Assembly: GCA_000320545.1 (NCBI GenBank)
Contig: ADNK01001328.1
Span: forward strand, 26,875-90,874
DNA: 64,000 nucleotides
DNA from: Bigelowiella natans CCMP2755
Lineage: Eukaryota; Protista; Cercozoa
Direction: 5' to 3'
Positions 27,780 to 41,189 of the stretch are shown piece after piece. The notes below the pieces were generated by a model, which was not told the origin of the DNA, ran no database searches, and saw only the letters and a list, made by a program, of their open reading frames with translations. Within the stretch, counting starts at the first letter, position 1. Every line of letters starts with the position of its first letter. The translations under genes and the position numbers were made by a program.

Positions 27780-28501
27780 AGTTTATTTCTTGTAGCCGCG
27801 CACGATGTATCCCTGTCCGTCGCCGCAACTGCTAACACCAATTGTGCAGTGAAATAGAAGAGTATTATGCGTGCAAACTTGACGACGCAGACCCCTCGTA
27901 TCACCTAGAAGAGGCGAACGTTTCGCCCTTCAGAGGTGTGCACAGCCGTCCAGAGTAGTGAGATTGTACGCTGCTCGAGTTTGTTGAGGCGTTTTATGAC
28001 GGGAATTTTCAACATGACGACTAGGCTATCTCAAAGTCGTAGGCTATAGATAGCCACCATTTCAACAAGGTTATTCGCAACATCGGTTACATTTCGAAAT
28101 ATCGTGGTGTGGAGACAGGTCCAGGCTAAAACTTGTGTGACAATAATTACAATAATATTTTGTTTGATCATTGCGGTAAAACAGTAGACGGAAAACATCC
28201 ATACTATCAATCAGTCCAGACAAGAAATCCTCTTCGTAGAGAAACATCGATATCTTTTGCTACATATTCTTCCACAACAACTTACAACAACCACAACAGC
28301 AACAACAACAACAACAACTTACAATACGGAAGCAGCTCCCGGAGTACTGATCACAAAGAGACCTCCACCCACCTCAACCAGGCCGCAGGGATAGGAAGGG
28401 CTTGAAACTTGGGTAGCCTCAGGGCTCTCTCGAGGTAATTTGGTATTGCAAGAAAACGAGAGATGACGGGAAAAGTCCTTACGCTGTTTGTCCACAGATC
28501 G

Positions 28502-29330
28502 ATGAATTATGTAGTTGCCTCTCCTCTGTACTCACCTGCAAGATCGGTGGCAAGTCTGCCCTCTTCTGGAAAAGCCTCTTATCTTGTCCTTGACGACACC
28601 GTTCCAAATCCCAATTTTTTAGGGGTCAGCAGATAGTTATTAATATCTTTGCTGCTGTACCAACATTTGACCGTATGCTAATGCAAATGTAAGATCGGAG
28701 AACGATGACCGACGACACTTGTATCATCATCTTTTTAGCAGACAGGATCCAAATATGCGTGGGGAAGCCTGGCACTATGTGTTGCAACATGTAGCCTGAC
28801 TTCTATTCTACTAGGGTAACTATATATGCAAACAGGGTGGTGGTGGTGGTGGTGGTGGTGGTGTCCTTATCCTTGACAAGCACGCACGTATACTTCATCA
28901 TTGTCACTGGCATTCCACATTCAGTAGTTTGAACTTGTTGACTGCGAGGAAGCTTTGGGCGTTTAGTCTTTACTGTACGAATGTGATAAAGAAGTTATAT
29001 CATAGAATTCTCTGTCTACGTAAAGTAAGGAGTGGCCATACTTTTTCAGATATGATGTCGGAATTATGTCGGGAGCACTTCCTCTTATGAAAGTGAGAAT
29101 ACTTTCCACCTCGATATTCCTTGTGTTCATCATCATCATCATCATCATCATCACTATTATCATCATTATCTCGTATTTAGGAAGCTTTGGATATGGACAA
29201 CTTCCAAGTCGGCATCATTGCAGGAAGTTTGAATTTTATCGCTGGACTAGGAGCCCTCCCTTTCGGGTATTACGTCTATCTGCTATGTCATTAACCAGGC
29301 ACATGCTGATGAGTAATTAAATACATATGC

Positions 29331-29384
<54 letters not shown>

Positions 29385-31556
29385 CATCGCCTGGTCATGT
29401 GTATAACTAAAATCACCATTTTATTACTTGTTGTACTACTGTGATAATAAAAGGCAACTCGCCGACGTATTGGGTCGGAAGATTGCAATGGTTAGTGATA
29501 TAAAAAGAAATACTGTTGTCATGCATAATTGATAAAGTGACTACTCACTGCTGAACAATGACGACACTGTTTCTTCCTCTCTTCTCCTCCCTCTCCTCCT
29601 CCTCCTCCTCCTCCTCCTCCTCCTCCTCCTAGATTGTGGCCTGTATAGCATTCGCAATCGGCACCGGACTAATGGCAGCTAGTACAGGTGGGTGATTAAA
29701 CTAGTGTTGGGCACATCGCGGATTTTAAGCATGAAACTCTTCTATTTAATAACGCCATGATTGAATCGTATTCTCCTTACTTTCCCTGTTCTTACTTGTC
29801 CCGTAAATGTTGTTCACTCTTGCTCTCTCCCAGATTTTTCTATGCTTCTCGTTGCACGGGGGATCATGGGTTCCGGCGTTGGTAGTGAAGAGAAATAAGA
29901 CAGAAAGAAAGAAAGAAAGAGAAATAGAAAATGAAAGCTTACATGTCCGTCGTTCCTTCATTCGTTATGGGGTGTTGCCTAGTGATAGATGATACTCACT
30001 GTCAGGTGCAACCTTTGTTATTGCTCCAGTGTATCTGGCCGAGTTAGTACCAGCAGAAGTATTCAATACACAATTAATCAAAGGAAGAACCAGAAAAAAA
30101 ATTAAGAGGAAGAAGAAGGATGCAGATAGCAAAATACCGTGCGCCTCCCCCCCCCCCCCCCTCTCTCTCTCTCTCTATTCTCTTCCCTGAACGGTGCGTG
30201 TGACGTGTAGGTACGGGGCGCTCTTGTTTGCTGCTTCGATATTTGCATAAACGTGGGGATCTTGCTAGGGTTGATATTATTTCTACACAGCACTGACACG
30301 ATCAAATTAATAATCTTGCCATGTATTATTATTCTTGCACTGGATGACCAGTGTGTGTATGTATGTACCAGTGTGTGTATCATCAGTGTCTTATTGTTTG
30401 CTGATATCCTGCTGCCTTACTGTTCCACAAGATTTGTCGGTGGGTACGTTATTGACACATATCTCGAGGCAAGCGGTAACGTTAAATGGAGGTAAATAAT
30501 CAAGCAAAACCACAACAAGTGTTCCCCTCCCCGATCCTGTTCTTCATCTCCTCTCCCTTTCATCAACAGTTACCATCGCGTGCATGCTATCTTCCAAGAT
30601 TTCGCTGCTATCTCGCACTTTCTTACCCACCACCCCTTTGTATCTTCTCCACACTCATTTGAACAACGACGCTGCTTCCTGGTGAGAAGAAGCACAACGC
30701 ACAGCATGGGGGAATGACTCGTCATCATCACAATACCACTATCACCATTATGATCATGGTGATCATTTCTTAGGCTGATGATAGGGGTGGGAACGATCCC
30801 TCCTATTGCCATCGCTTTGGCGTCAATTTTCCTCCCCGAGTCTCCACGTTGGCTTGTGCAGATGGGGAGGAGAGCAGAAGCAGAGGTATTTGCTACGACC
30901 CATTCAAGTATTATCATTACTGTTACTTACTATTTGCTGCTGCTAATACCCGATCCCCTCCTTCCTTTATACATGGCATGGCATCTGTTTATTCTCTGCT
31001 TCTGTATTGCTCCCCATTAGATGGGGGATAAAATGTTGTATGACTGAAAGCTGTTGCTTCTGCTACTACCACTACAACAACAACTTATTGTATGAACAGG
31101 CTGCTCTCTCCCGCGTGGTGGTTGATCAGCGGTTGGTTCAAGAGGAAATCGACGTCATGACGACCATGATGCACTCTGAGATGGTATAATGATTACTATT
31201 ACTATCATTATCATTATTAGTAGCAGCAGCAGCAGTCTCCCCCATGGATGGATCAGCATCCATCCACACATCTCACAAATATTCTTAAAAATTAACAACA
31301 GGCTGCAAGTTTTAAGCAGCTGCTGTCACCTTCTACAAAGTCGATGCGTCGTGCACTTCACGTAACACTCGGTATTAGAAGATCACCGAGGGAGAGGGGA
31401 GGAGAGGGGGGAGGAGGAACTAGTACCACTAGATTTCTAATTTATCCTGGTTGTGTTTGCTCGTGTGTTTGTGGGTTATCGCTGATGGTTTCAAGGATGG
31501 TTTCCTAGTAGAAGTAGAAGTAGTAGTAGTAGTAGTATATATAGGAGGAGGAGGAT

Positions 31557-31588
<32 letters not shown>

Positions 31589-33974
31589 GGCTAATATATA
31601 TTACTTCTACTATTAAGGTCTTTCCATCCTGCAGCAAGCAACAGGATCGGGTACAAGTAGTAGTATCTTGTTTACTCATTTCTCTGCCAATCGGGCTGCT
31701 AGGTGTTGTTCCTTACTGATATCCATCACTATATGAACTATAGAGGCAGCGATTCTCTTCACTCCTCTCATTCTCAGTAATGCTGGTGTCAAATCCACAC
31801 GTGCTCAGGTACTACAGTAGTATCAGTAGAACGAACAAATGAAGGCTGCTGCTTTGTTGTTTTCCCCTTTGGGAATCGATTTATTATTCCAATAATGTCA
31901 TCCTGCTGCTGCTGTCATGGTGGTTGCGTTTGATAGGTGTTGTGATGATTATCATCTCATTGTGTATCTGTCTTTCGCCATCAAAACAGTTGATGTGGGC
32001 TCTTCCTGTTGGAGTGGCAAAGCTATTGGGAGAACTTATTTCAGTCCCTATTCTTGATAAAGTAATATAATAATGATGATGATGATGATGATGACGATGA
32101 TGGTGGTGATGGTGGTGGAAGTGACATCCCCATCCTATAGAACAAATAGAGGGGGATTATTATCAGCCAGCAGACCCTCGTAGATAGCAGTAAGAAGAGT
32201 ATTCGAAGTACTATTAGTGAAAGAGAAATAATACTAATCATGATGATGATGATGATGATGATGATGACGATGATGGTAACAATAACCACCATTGCTGGAA
32301 AAAAGGCTGGACGGCGTCCGCTACTGTTAGCGGGAAATCTGCTGCAAAGCATTTTCTTGGGGGCTCTAGGTTTTGCCATACAACAACTACAACAACAACA
32401 ACAACAACAGATGAGATAACCAAAATATCGACGAAAGAGCACGACTTTTCCCATCATCATCATCGTCATCGTTATCATCGTCACCACCATTATTATCATA
32501 ACAATACCACGTGTTCCGGTGTCCTCCTCCTCCTCCTCGTCGTTGTTGTCTGTTTTGTTTACAATATTTCTTATAGCCGTCGGGTTTGCCTACAAGTGGA
32601 ATTGGCACATCTTGATTGCGCTCATAAGTGCATTTATGCTGTCGTTTGAGATAGGTAGATGACAAACAAAGGATAGAGCAGCAGCAGCAGCAGCAATAAT
32701 CTAAATAATATGGTGGTGGTGAGTTTTGCTTCCTCTCAAGAGGTCACAAACTGTAGTCAGTCGCCGCTCTTTGTCATCATAATTTTAATAGATCGATGGC
32801 ATTATCTTCATCATCATCATCATCATCATCATTTTCTTTCCTCCTGAATTGTGTGGCCCCAAAGTTTTTCTCTGCTGCTACTCCTCCAACTTGTTGTCGT
32901 GAGTTCTCCTTTCTCTGCTACTGCTTGTCTCATGATCATCATCATCATCATCATCGCCATCATCATCATGATGCAGGGGCACCGATTGCGTGGTTGATGC
33001 CGTCGGAGCTCTACAACTCGGGTGATAATAAGCAGTGATATCATGATAGTGATGATGATGAGGAGGAGGAGGAGGAGGACGACGATCATGATGGATGTGC
33101 ATGCCTCTTCTTCCTTCTTCTTATTCTCCTTCTCTTGTTCCGTTTTATTGATGATGCAGGTTACCGTGGTCGTGCGCAGTCTGTTTCTGTAATCATCAAT
33201 AGATGCACAAGCGGCATGGGTAGTAGTAGTAGTAGAAGTAGTAGTAGCAGCAGCAGCAGCAGCAGCCAGTAATATGCCCAATACCTACTATCTTCATCAA
33301 TGAACAAAACAACGCAGTGCGAGTCTTAAAAGCAGTAACGATAGTAAGGGAATATTACAGGGAAGAAGAGATAGAAGAATAAATGCAGCACATCATCATC
33401 ATCTTCTTCTTCTTCATCATCATCTGTATATCATCACTACCGTGGATTGACTGCCTCCTCCTCCTTCTCCTCCTCCTCATCCTCCTCCTTACGGTGCTCT
33501 AATTGTAATGACAAAAACAAACTTAACATATGGGCTGCTGCTGCTGCTGCTGCTGCTACTACTACTACTTATTCCATATGTCAGTGGTTTTGACGTTTCC
33601 GATGTTGTTGGACTATTGCGGCTCTCCAGGTTCGTTATCCATCATTCGCTCGTAGACGCGCACACACGCACACACAGCTCACTTTCTTTCTCTCTACCAC
33701 CAGGGCTGTTTTGCTACTTCGCGTTGATCGCATTTGGGTCTACAATTTGGACGTATTTTGCGGTGCCTGAGACAGCCGGTCTATCCCTTGAGGAAATAAC
33801 AACATTGTTGCGAGAAGAAAGCTTTGGTCATCTCAGCGAGGCCTCCCATATCCTCCCGTAATGATAATTCAACTTAGAAATAGTTAAACACATGCACCGA
33901 CACCGTATATTTGGAGTCTTACTCCTCTTCCTCCTCCTCCTCCTCCTCCTCTTTCCCTCATTGAGTCATCATCC

Positions 33975-34007
<33 letters not shown>

Positions 34008-34729
34008 TAATGTAAGTATATCTTTTATCTCGAAAGTTGGACAACCAATAAGGCGAAGAGACTTGGAGCTCGAAACAAAGATCAATGACTGTGTTTTTTC
34101 TCCTCTGTCGTGATCATCTATACCTTCTTTCTGTCCCCCTCCCTCCTCCTCCTCCCTCATCAGCTCTTCTCGGCCTAGGGGGCGATCATCATCTTTCTCC
34201 TCATCTTCAGGGACTCCAGTTCATACAACCTCAAAGAGAATGATGATGATGAATAATGTGAGGAAGAACAGGAATATGAACAACAAGAACAACAACAAGA
34301 AAGCAACAACAACAACAGCAGCGAGCAGCAGCAGCAAGAAGAAGAATAAGGGCAGAGTCGCCTTTACTCATCAATCATCTTTCAGAATTGCAGCCATTAC
34401 CACTGCTTCTTCTTCTACTACTACTACTACTACCACTACTACCACTTCTGCTACGCACGAAGAAAAGGGGAATACAACAAGACCCCATTTAAACGATGAT
34501 GGTGATTCCAAAGGTTATGCTACTCACACAGAAGGTAGCTTGATAGTCATCGATGATGCCATGTGCAATATACTTCGCAGTATAGGGTTTGGTTCCTTCT
34601 TTGTCCAGCCAATCGCTGCTATCATCATTTTTCCCACGACGACGGTATGATTTACTTCTTACCGCATTTTCCTCAGGGGTGAAGGCACACGACAATGAGG
34701 TGGAAAATGATGATGATAGAAAATTGTAA
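28502..34729 (+). CDS. MFS sugar porter (polyol/monosaccharide transporter-like), many exons
   Basis: Exons SILLG|YDVGIMSGAL, LADVLGRKIAM, APVYLAELVPAE|VRGALVCCFDICINVGILLG, FLPESPRWLV, AGRRPLLLAG, APIAWLMPSELY and FAVPETAGLSLEEI. Both ends are uncertain; the gene may stop at 33861. Confidence 0.88.
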
Positions 34730-34904
34730 GACCGATGATTGGTACAAAGTGTTAAAAATAAATATATCATAAAGATTGTATTATAGTTTATACATATAGT
34801 TTTTCGTCTATAAGTACGTAGTGCTCATACCTTTTTTAATATATTAGTAATCCATATAGGTGTATAGATGATATGCACCGGGGTAAATAACCTTAAAATA
34901 TAGC

Positions 34905-34948
<44 letters not shown>

Positions 34949-35986
34949 TGTCAACATACCATTCCTGTAATTTAATTTGAATCAGCGACGAGTGTTACTG
35001 ATAGCAATCATGCAGTTTATTTTATTTTATGGCTTAAAAGCCCATAGCGCAGTATGAAACGTAAGCGTAGACACTGTTATTGTGTGACTAATTGCAATAA
35101 AGACCCCATCCAGCGTGGTGTGCATTAAGGGATGTTGCATTACATCACAAATGCGAATAATAAACATGCGCGAACGTTGTAACGATCGTGTACGCTATGT
35201 TGATGCATTTTCGGGCATAACAAATACAGCAATTGTCATTCATTTATTGGAATATTCGCTGATTTAGCGCTCACATCAAGATGTGCTCATTTGCAACTTG
35301 CAAGCATGTGCTGTGTGCACACTTCTAATAAGCGCTATGCAGGTGCGTGCTAGCGTGGTGTTTCATTTCGTGATAAGTAACAAGCTCGTAAGCAGCACTC
35401 ATGCATCATCTACCGCTTTAAAGCGTAGGGCGCAATAAAAGTAAATGACTAATGGCTACCGCCTACGACAATAATAAGCTGCATGTCCATATAGCATGCA
35501 TACAGGATAGCTAGATGACAGAACTATATGACATGCGTACGTAATACTCGGATGAGCTTGCAGTGGCACTACATCTAGATGTCATGAGACCCGCAGCGAT
35601 TGATCGAGACTCACACGGCTATGCTTAGTAAACCAATTTGTCACAATGTGCGTTGCTGCGGAGTGCGTTTTCAGCAGTCATCGTGTGCATCGCTCGATGA
35701 CTTAATGCGTTCCAAATTCAGTGCAAGCCGAGTTGGTCATCACATAGCGCTCATCCAAGAATGCTTCAACTTGACGATAAGAATCATGAAATATGTGTAG
35801 AACATACAAGGCTTGTGGTCGCCGTAATCGATTGCGCGCGCATGCTGCACATTTGTACGCCTATCAGTTGAATTGGCATGGACATCGTATTACTGTATAT
35901 CACTGAACTTGTACTGTAGACGAAGACGGAAATACATATAATAAGCATCTTTATATCCTGCTGACTAAAAATACGAGACTGCTGCT

Positions 35987-36129
35987 TTAATTTGGGTGCA
36001 AATGGCGCCTCTCCCCCTTACTCTGCAGCTCCCCACGAAGAATTGGTGAAATACACCACCACGACAAGGCAACCACAGCAACCACCAAACTGGCGCCGAT
36101 GATTGTCCAAGTATGATCCTTTGATTCAC

Positions 36130-36162
<33 letters not shown>

Positions 36163-36616
36163 CAATACAACCATCATTAGGAGAGCAGCATCAGTATTAT
36201 ACATACATATGTAAAAACACACACAGATTATCCCTCTCCCTTTCCCAAAGTTCATGAATACCTTATGGCTGTACTTTTCTGGATTAGCGATTACGTCAGC
36301 CGCTAGCTGAGGCTTGTTAGTGATTATTCCATCGACGCCATTTTGTATCACCCTTTCCATATTTAATTCATTCATTATAGAGGGTACCAATTCCTTCAAA
36401 AAATGGGAAGTCATATGCGAGTTAAATCACTCTAGACACCTATACACACAAATACACATTCGCGCAGATAGCCGCACATTCATAGCATTTTCCATCAATA
36501 CATTTATCTTCGAACAAAGGGTAATACCGAAGCATGCTACTTGGTGAGTTGACTGTGAAAACCATCACCTATTAGGTTAGCATGTAATAGTCCTCTGAAA
36601 CAAATATAATTGATAT

Positions 36617-36685
<69 letters not shown>

Positions 36686-37614
36686 GCACACGCATGTTTG
36701 AGAAGAGGGTTGATGACCTTAAAGCCCTCTTGGTGCATGGCAGCGACAAACGCTGTTGTTGCTGTGAAATGATGAGTGTTTACCGATTCTGAACCTGAAG
36801 AAGAAGAATGGATAGGAACAACAACAACAAACAATAGAAATAATCACCTCACTAATACAGAGAGAGATAAATTAGCTGTGTGATACAAGTTGTCGATCTC
36901 TCTCGTGCACACATGGGTTATAGGCAGGTTAGTAGCCATATTCACCGATTTCCTTGTTATTCGGGACAACCCCCCATCTCATCTGTATGATGCGCGCACA
37001 CACAAATTAATGCTTGTGTCATCCTTCGAGAATAAAATCCGATGTGTGTGTAATAGCGCCAAGCATGATAATAATGTCATAAATAAACACTAGATACAAG
37101 ATCAATGAAGCAATCCTATACCGACACCATAACCCATCCCATCCTTCATCCTCATAATTCTTGGGAAATAAAAGGACTTGTACAGGTACTTGTACGACAA
37201 CTGATAGATACTACAACCGCTAACTACTACAACTACTACTACTACTACTACTACCTGTGGAATGTCGTAAAGCGAGTGAATCCTTACTTTGGCATCAAGC
37301 TTGCGAAGTTCCCTCAGGTACCTAAAGTCAAAGCTTTGGAATACCACTAGATGAAGCGCCCTGTGTTTCTTTACAATCTTGTATACTTTCTCTGCCATTC
37401 CTTCATAGGGAGCACGGCCTTTTCCGGCCTTCATCTCGACTAAGGGGGTCTAGTGCAGCAGTAGATCATTATGAGAGACAAAGAGCAGATGACAGAACCA
37501 GGAAAATCAGAAGACTAAGGCCTCGGAAACCTCTGCCACTATTACATCATCAGAATTATACACTGATGAAGTGAAGTGGACGTTAGCAAAGGGAAAAGAA
37601 GAAGTGTCGATATC

Positions 37615-37670
<56 letters not shown>

Positions 37671-38699
37671 TTACATTTAGACATAACGAACGACAACCAC
37701 TGTAGGCTAAAGATCATCATCAGTAATAGTAGTAACAATAGTAATGATATTATTGTGTTTCTACTCCTGCCACCTACACAACACAGCGTTGATACGGCGG
37801 AGTAGCAATCATATTATCACTCCTCACCACATTTCTATGTTTTCACAGTTTACCTTCTTCCCTTTGAGGACCCTCCGTAGCCATTCTTCGAAGGTCGGCA
37901 CCTTTATCCATCATGATATGAGTGAGTCAGATGGGAATATAGGAAGACTGAAGTTGTGAGTTAAGAAAATCATTTTTATGAATGAAAATCGTTATTTTTA
38001 TCGCCTCCAGGGTAGATGAGATGGTTAATCTATCTTGCTGTACAATGCATTGGAAATTAAGAAGCAGGAAGGGAAATGAAAACGGAGTCCAGCATCTTCG
38101 CCCCTCTTTCATCATCATCACCACAAACCTACCTTGCATGTCTTGAACTCTATGAACCCATAATTTGCGTTTAGCTTCGATATCTCCTCAAGTGTGTAGT
38201 CTTTCAGGTGCATGATACGATTCATTTCGTTGGGTTACAGAGAACACATTAACATCTTCCAAACTCGACCCACTCACAAACACAGAAACACAACGTTCTA
38301 ATCCATGTCGTTACTACTCTACAGGATGTTGTATCTGCTCTGGCTGCTGTCTTCTTGTACCTGCAACGTAACCAGAGCCGTTTGTAGTCCGATCAAGGCT
38401 CGCATCGTGTATGACAACAACATGCCCGTCCTTGATTACCGCACATGCAATGAACGACAACAATCAAAGCCAAACCATGGTTAGAACGATTAGGCAAGAA
38501 GAAGGTATGATGACATGTTACACGCTCCGTCACGTAGACGGAGATCGATCTACACCTTGGTCATGTGCACATCACATTCAATCATGTCGACTCCTGGCTG
38601 TATCGCCGCCTCCACAGCCTCCAATGTGTTCTCTGGGGCCTCTTCGCAGGCCCCACGATGGGCAATCACCCGAATGGGCCTGGTGCTCTTGTCAGCCAT
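35987..38699 (-). CDS. Glycerophosphodiester phosphodiesterase (GDPD) with C-terminal TM anchor
   Basis: VIAHRGACEEAPENTLEA, MIECDVHMTK|DGHVVVIHD, VFQSFDF and GVDGIITNKP motifs; last exon has TM IIGASLVVAVVALSWW. Confidence 0.9.
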
Positions 38700-39035
38700 T
38701 GCAGGTTTTGTTCCTGCGAGTATTCTGCAAGCGCTCGTAACTCGACTAAGATGGATGTTGACTAGAAGTTTTTATCAGGTTTTCATAGTGCGACATTCTA
38801 CTTTCCACCACGCATGTCTTAAACCGCAACAGTTTTAATGAGTTTTCATAGTGTGACATGTTACTTCCGCTCCTGTACATCTCAAACTGTACCGCACGTG
38901 TCGACCAGATGCTACCATATCGGCCATTTGGTGCCAAAATATCTCACGAAGTCGTTGTCGCAGGAACTTAACCGAAGGGGGACGCAGAGGTCGGAGAAAT
39001 GACCTGGAACCCTAGCTAGCGAACCCTAGCAAGCG

Positions 39036-39990
39036 CAAGGGGGATTCACTCCCCCGGGTTTTGGTCCGTGTCATGCTCGGCGGTTTTGCCCCGGCGTCAG
39101 CCGGGAAATTTTTTTCGATTTCACCCAAAAAAATGCAAATTTTGTTCAAATTCCTCAATGTTTTCTTCAAAAACCATCCACAAAGTGTCCAGTGAAATTG
39201 CCCAAGATGCACATTGGCGGAACTCTTGGCATCGAGTCACTGGGATGTCTCAGATGTGCCCAACCCACTTCCCTGGCGCATGCAGATTTGATCAATGCTT
39301 TGTTCATCATTCATTGTTCATCATTCCCGCCCTTCCCATCGATGTGTGCACCAGCGTGTGTGACTGATCACGTGCGCAGCGTCGATCATCCAGTCGTGCG
39401 CGACGTCGCGACGTGTCTAGCTTCAATTTGATGATCAAGTGACAAGTGTGCATCAGAGTGGGAAGCTGTGAGTGCTTGCGTGCGCGCGCGCTGGGCACGC
39501 ACAAAGTGTGCCAGTGTGCGCCATCGTGCCCACACGTCTTGCTCGTGCGTCCAATCCCAAGCAGCTCTGGAGCTGCGCGTCGCGCATCACATCCAGCTTC
39601 ATTGATTGCCGCATCGGCACCGTGCAGGCCGCTAGGAGCCACACATCGAAAACTCACCAAAGTCAAAACCACAAAAAAAAAGCACCTTTTTGGCGCGGAA
39701 ACGTTCAATTTTGCGAACTTTGGAGTGGAACTTCTGGAGGTGATGGAGTTGCTGTTGACACGGCCTCTGAGCATGTTTTTTTGAGCCAACACGCAAAGTG
39801 GACCCTTTCCGCGGCACCCAAAGTTTTTGCCCTCGATTTTTTTCCTTGAAAATCCACTTTTTTGCACCCCTTTCTGGACAATTCTGGACCTTCTCACCCG
39901 TCCAGAAGTCTTCTGTGGTGCTTCGGAAGAAGTTTGGATTGGATTCCGAGCATGACACGGACCAAAACCCGGGGGAGTGAAACCCCCTTG
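39036..39990. mobile_element. Non-autonomous DNA transposon (MITE-like), hAT- or P-superfamily type ends
   Basis: 45-bp terminal inverted repeats (39036-39080 and 39946-39990, one mismatch) with CA...TG termini. Perfect 8-bp target-site duplication AGCAAGCG at 39028-39035 and 39991-39998. No transposase ORF. Confidence 0.92.
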
Positions 39991-39998
39991 AGCAAGCG

Positions 39999-40915
39999 AA
40001 CAGCAGAATCATCAATCAATCATCAAGCCCCTCAGAAGATCCCCTGGCCACACTGGCACAGCCGGCCCCGAAATCTTGCCTCCTGGAATTTCCTGAAATC
40101 ATTTTGCAAAAGATGAAAATCCACACTCGCACTTCGGATGTGTCACCAAAGGAGCACTGTCTGCACAGCTACCCCTCCCCTCCTCGCTCCTGTTGTTCTT
40201 CGTGGCGGCTGCGCTGCTGGAAAGGGCACGATTGAACGTGGATCTTGCCTAATCGGTGTCGAGTTGCAATTGTGCAGAAGTTGCCTCTGGTGAAGCTCAA
40301 GCTAGCAAGGCCAGAAGGTGCAGTTGCGGCGGGGGTGTCCTTGGGTGATGATTGCTGCGCTGTCATTGCACGCCACAGTGACGTGAGACCTGCTAGCCCA
40401 GTGCACTTCCCTCTGGCCTTCTGTCGATGCCTCTCTAGCTCTGACTCGAAATTGCGCATGGCCAGGTGGTTGCTTCGTGTTTTCTTGTTGCATGCTGCGC
40501 AAAAAATTCATGACTTTGTTGCCACCGTGTTGCATGCTGACATGCTAGCTAGCCAGCATGTCACAATTATTGTCTTGGTGTGCGCGCGAGCTGCATCGCT
40601 CACTCATCTGCGCGTCGCACATTCTGGCATTGCTAGGTTGCGTGCACCCACAATGATGACGCTGGTGTGGATCAGCTAGCTGGCGGCTCATTGCATGGCA
40701 CAAATTGTTGCTGCAAAGCACAATTGCAAGGGCATGGGCACACTTTTGTCGCTGTGAATGCAAGACAAAATGAATGCGATGACACACGTCGCGGCACTTC
40801 TAGACATTCCACGATCAACATGCAATGCTGCGCTCTCGATTCAATGCAAGGCGTCACGCTAGCATGCACTAGTGTAGATCATGCTAGCTAGCTAGCATCG
40901 CATGGCCAGTCGACA
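39999..40915. mobile_element. Probable degenerate repeat/transposon remnant flanking the MITE
   Basis: Same TpA-depleted, CTAG/TGCA-rich composition as the MITE; no splice-consistent gene; no termini identified. Confidence 0.4.
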
Positions 40916-41189
40916 GTGCGGCGCCGCAGTATAGCAGCGATCGTGCAGCCGCAATTACTATCACATCACTGTGACAGTATTCGCAATGTTCTGTTTAAAG
41001 GGTCTACCAAGCTGGCATGCTGTGTGGGTCAGCTGAAAACAAGTAGTCGAGTTTCAATCAACATTGCAAACCCGTCGTCATCTGCATGGTCAGGTGCATG
41101 GCACATGATCAAACAATCGAACGAAACCACCCTCTGTGCTGCTGCAGCACACAAGTATGCAATGTCAATAAATAACTCAACAACTCGTT

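Noticed and set aside
39008-39030. AACCCTAG repeats resembling telomeric sequence
   Set aside because: Only two imperfect copies; not an interstitial telomere array.
39012-40891. Dense overlapping ORFs in all six frames
   Set aside because: An artefact of TA depletion removing TAA/TAG stops; no recognisable transposase or other domain.
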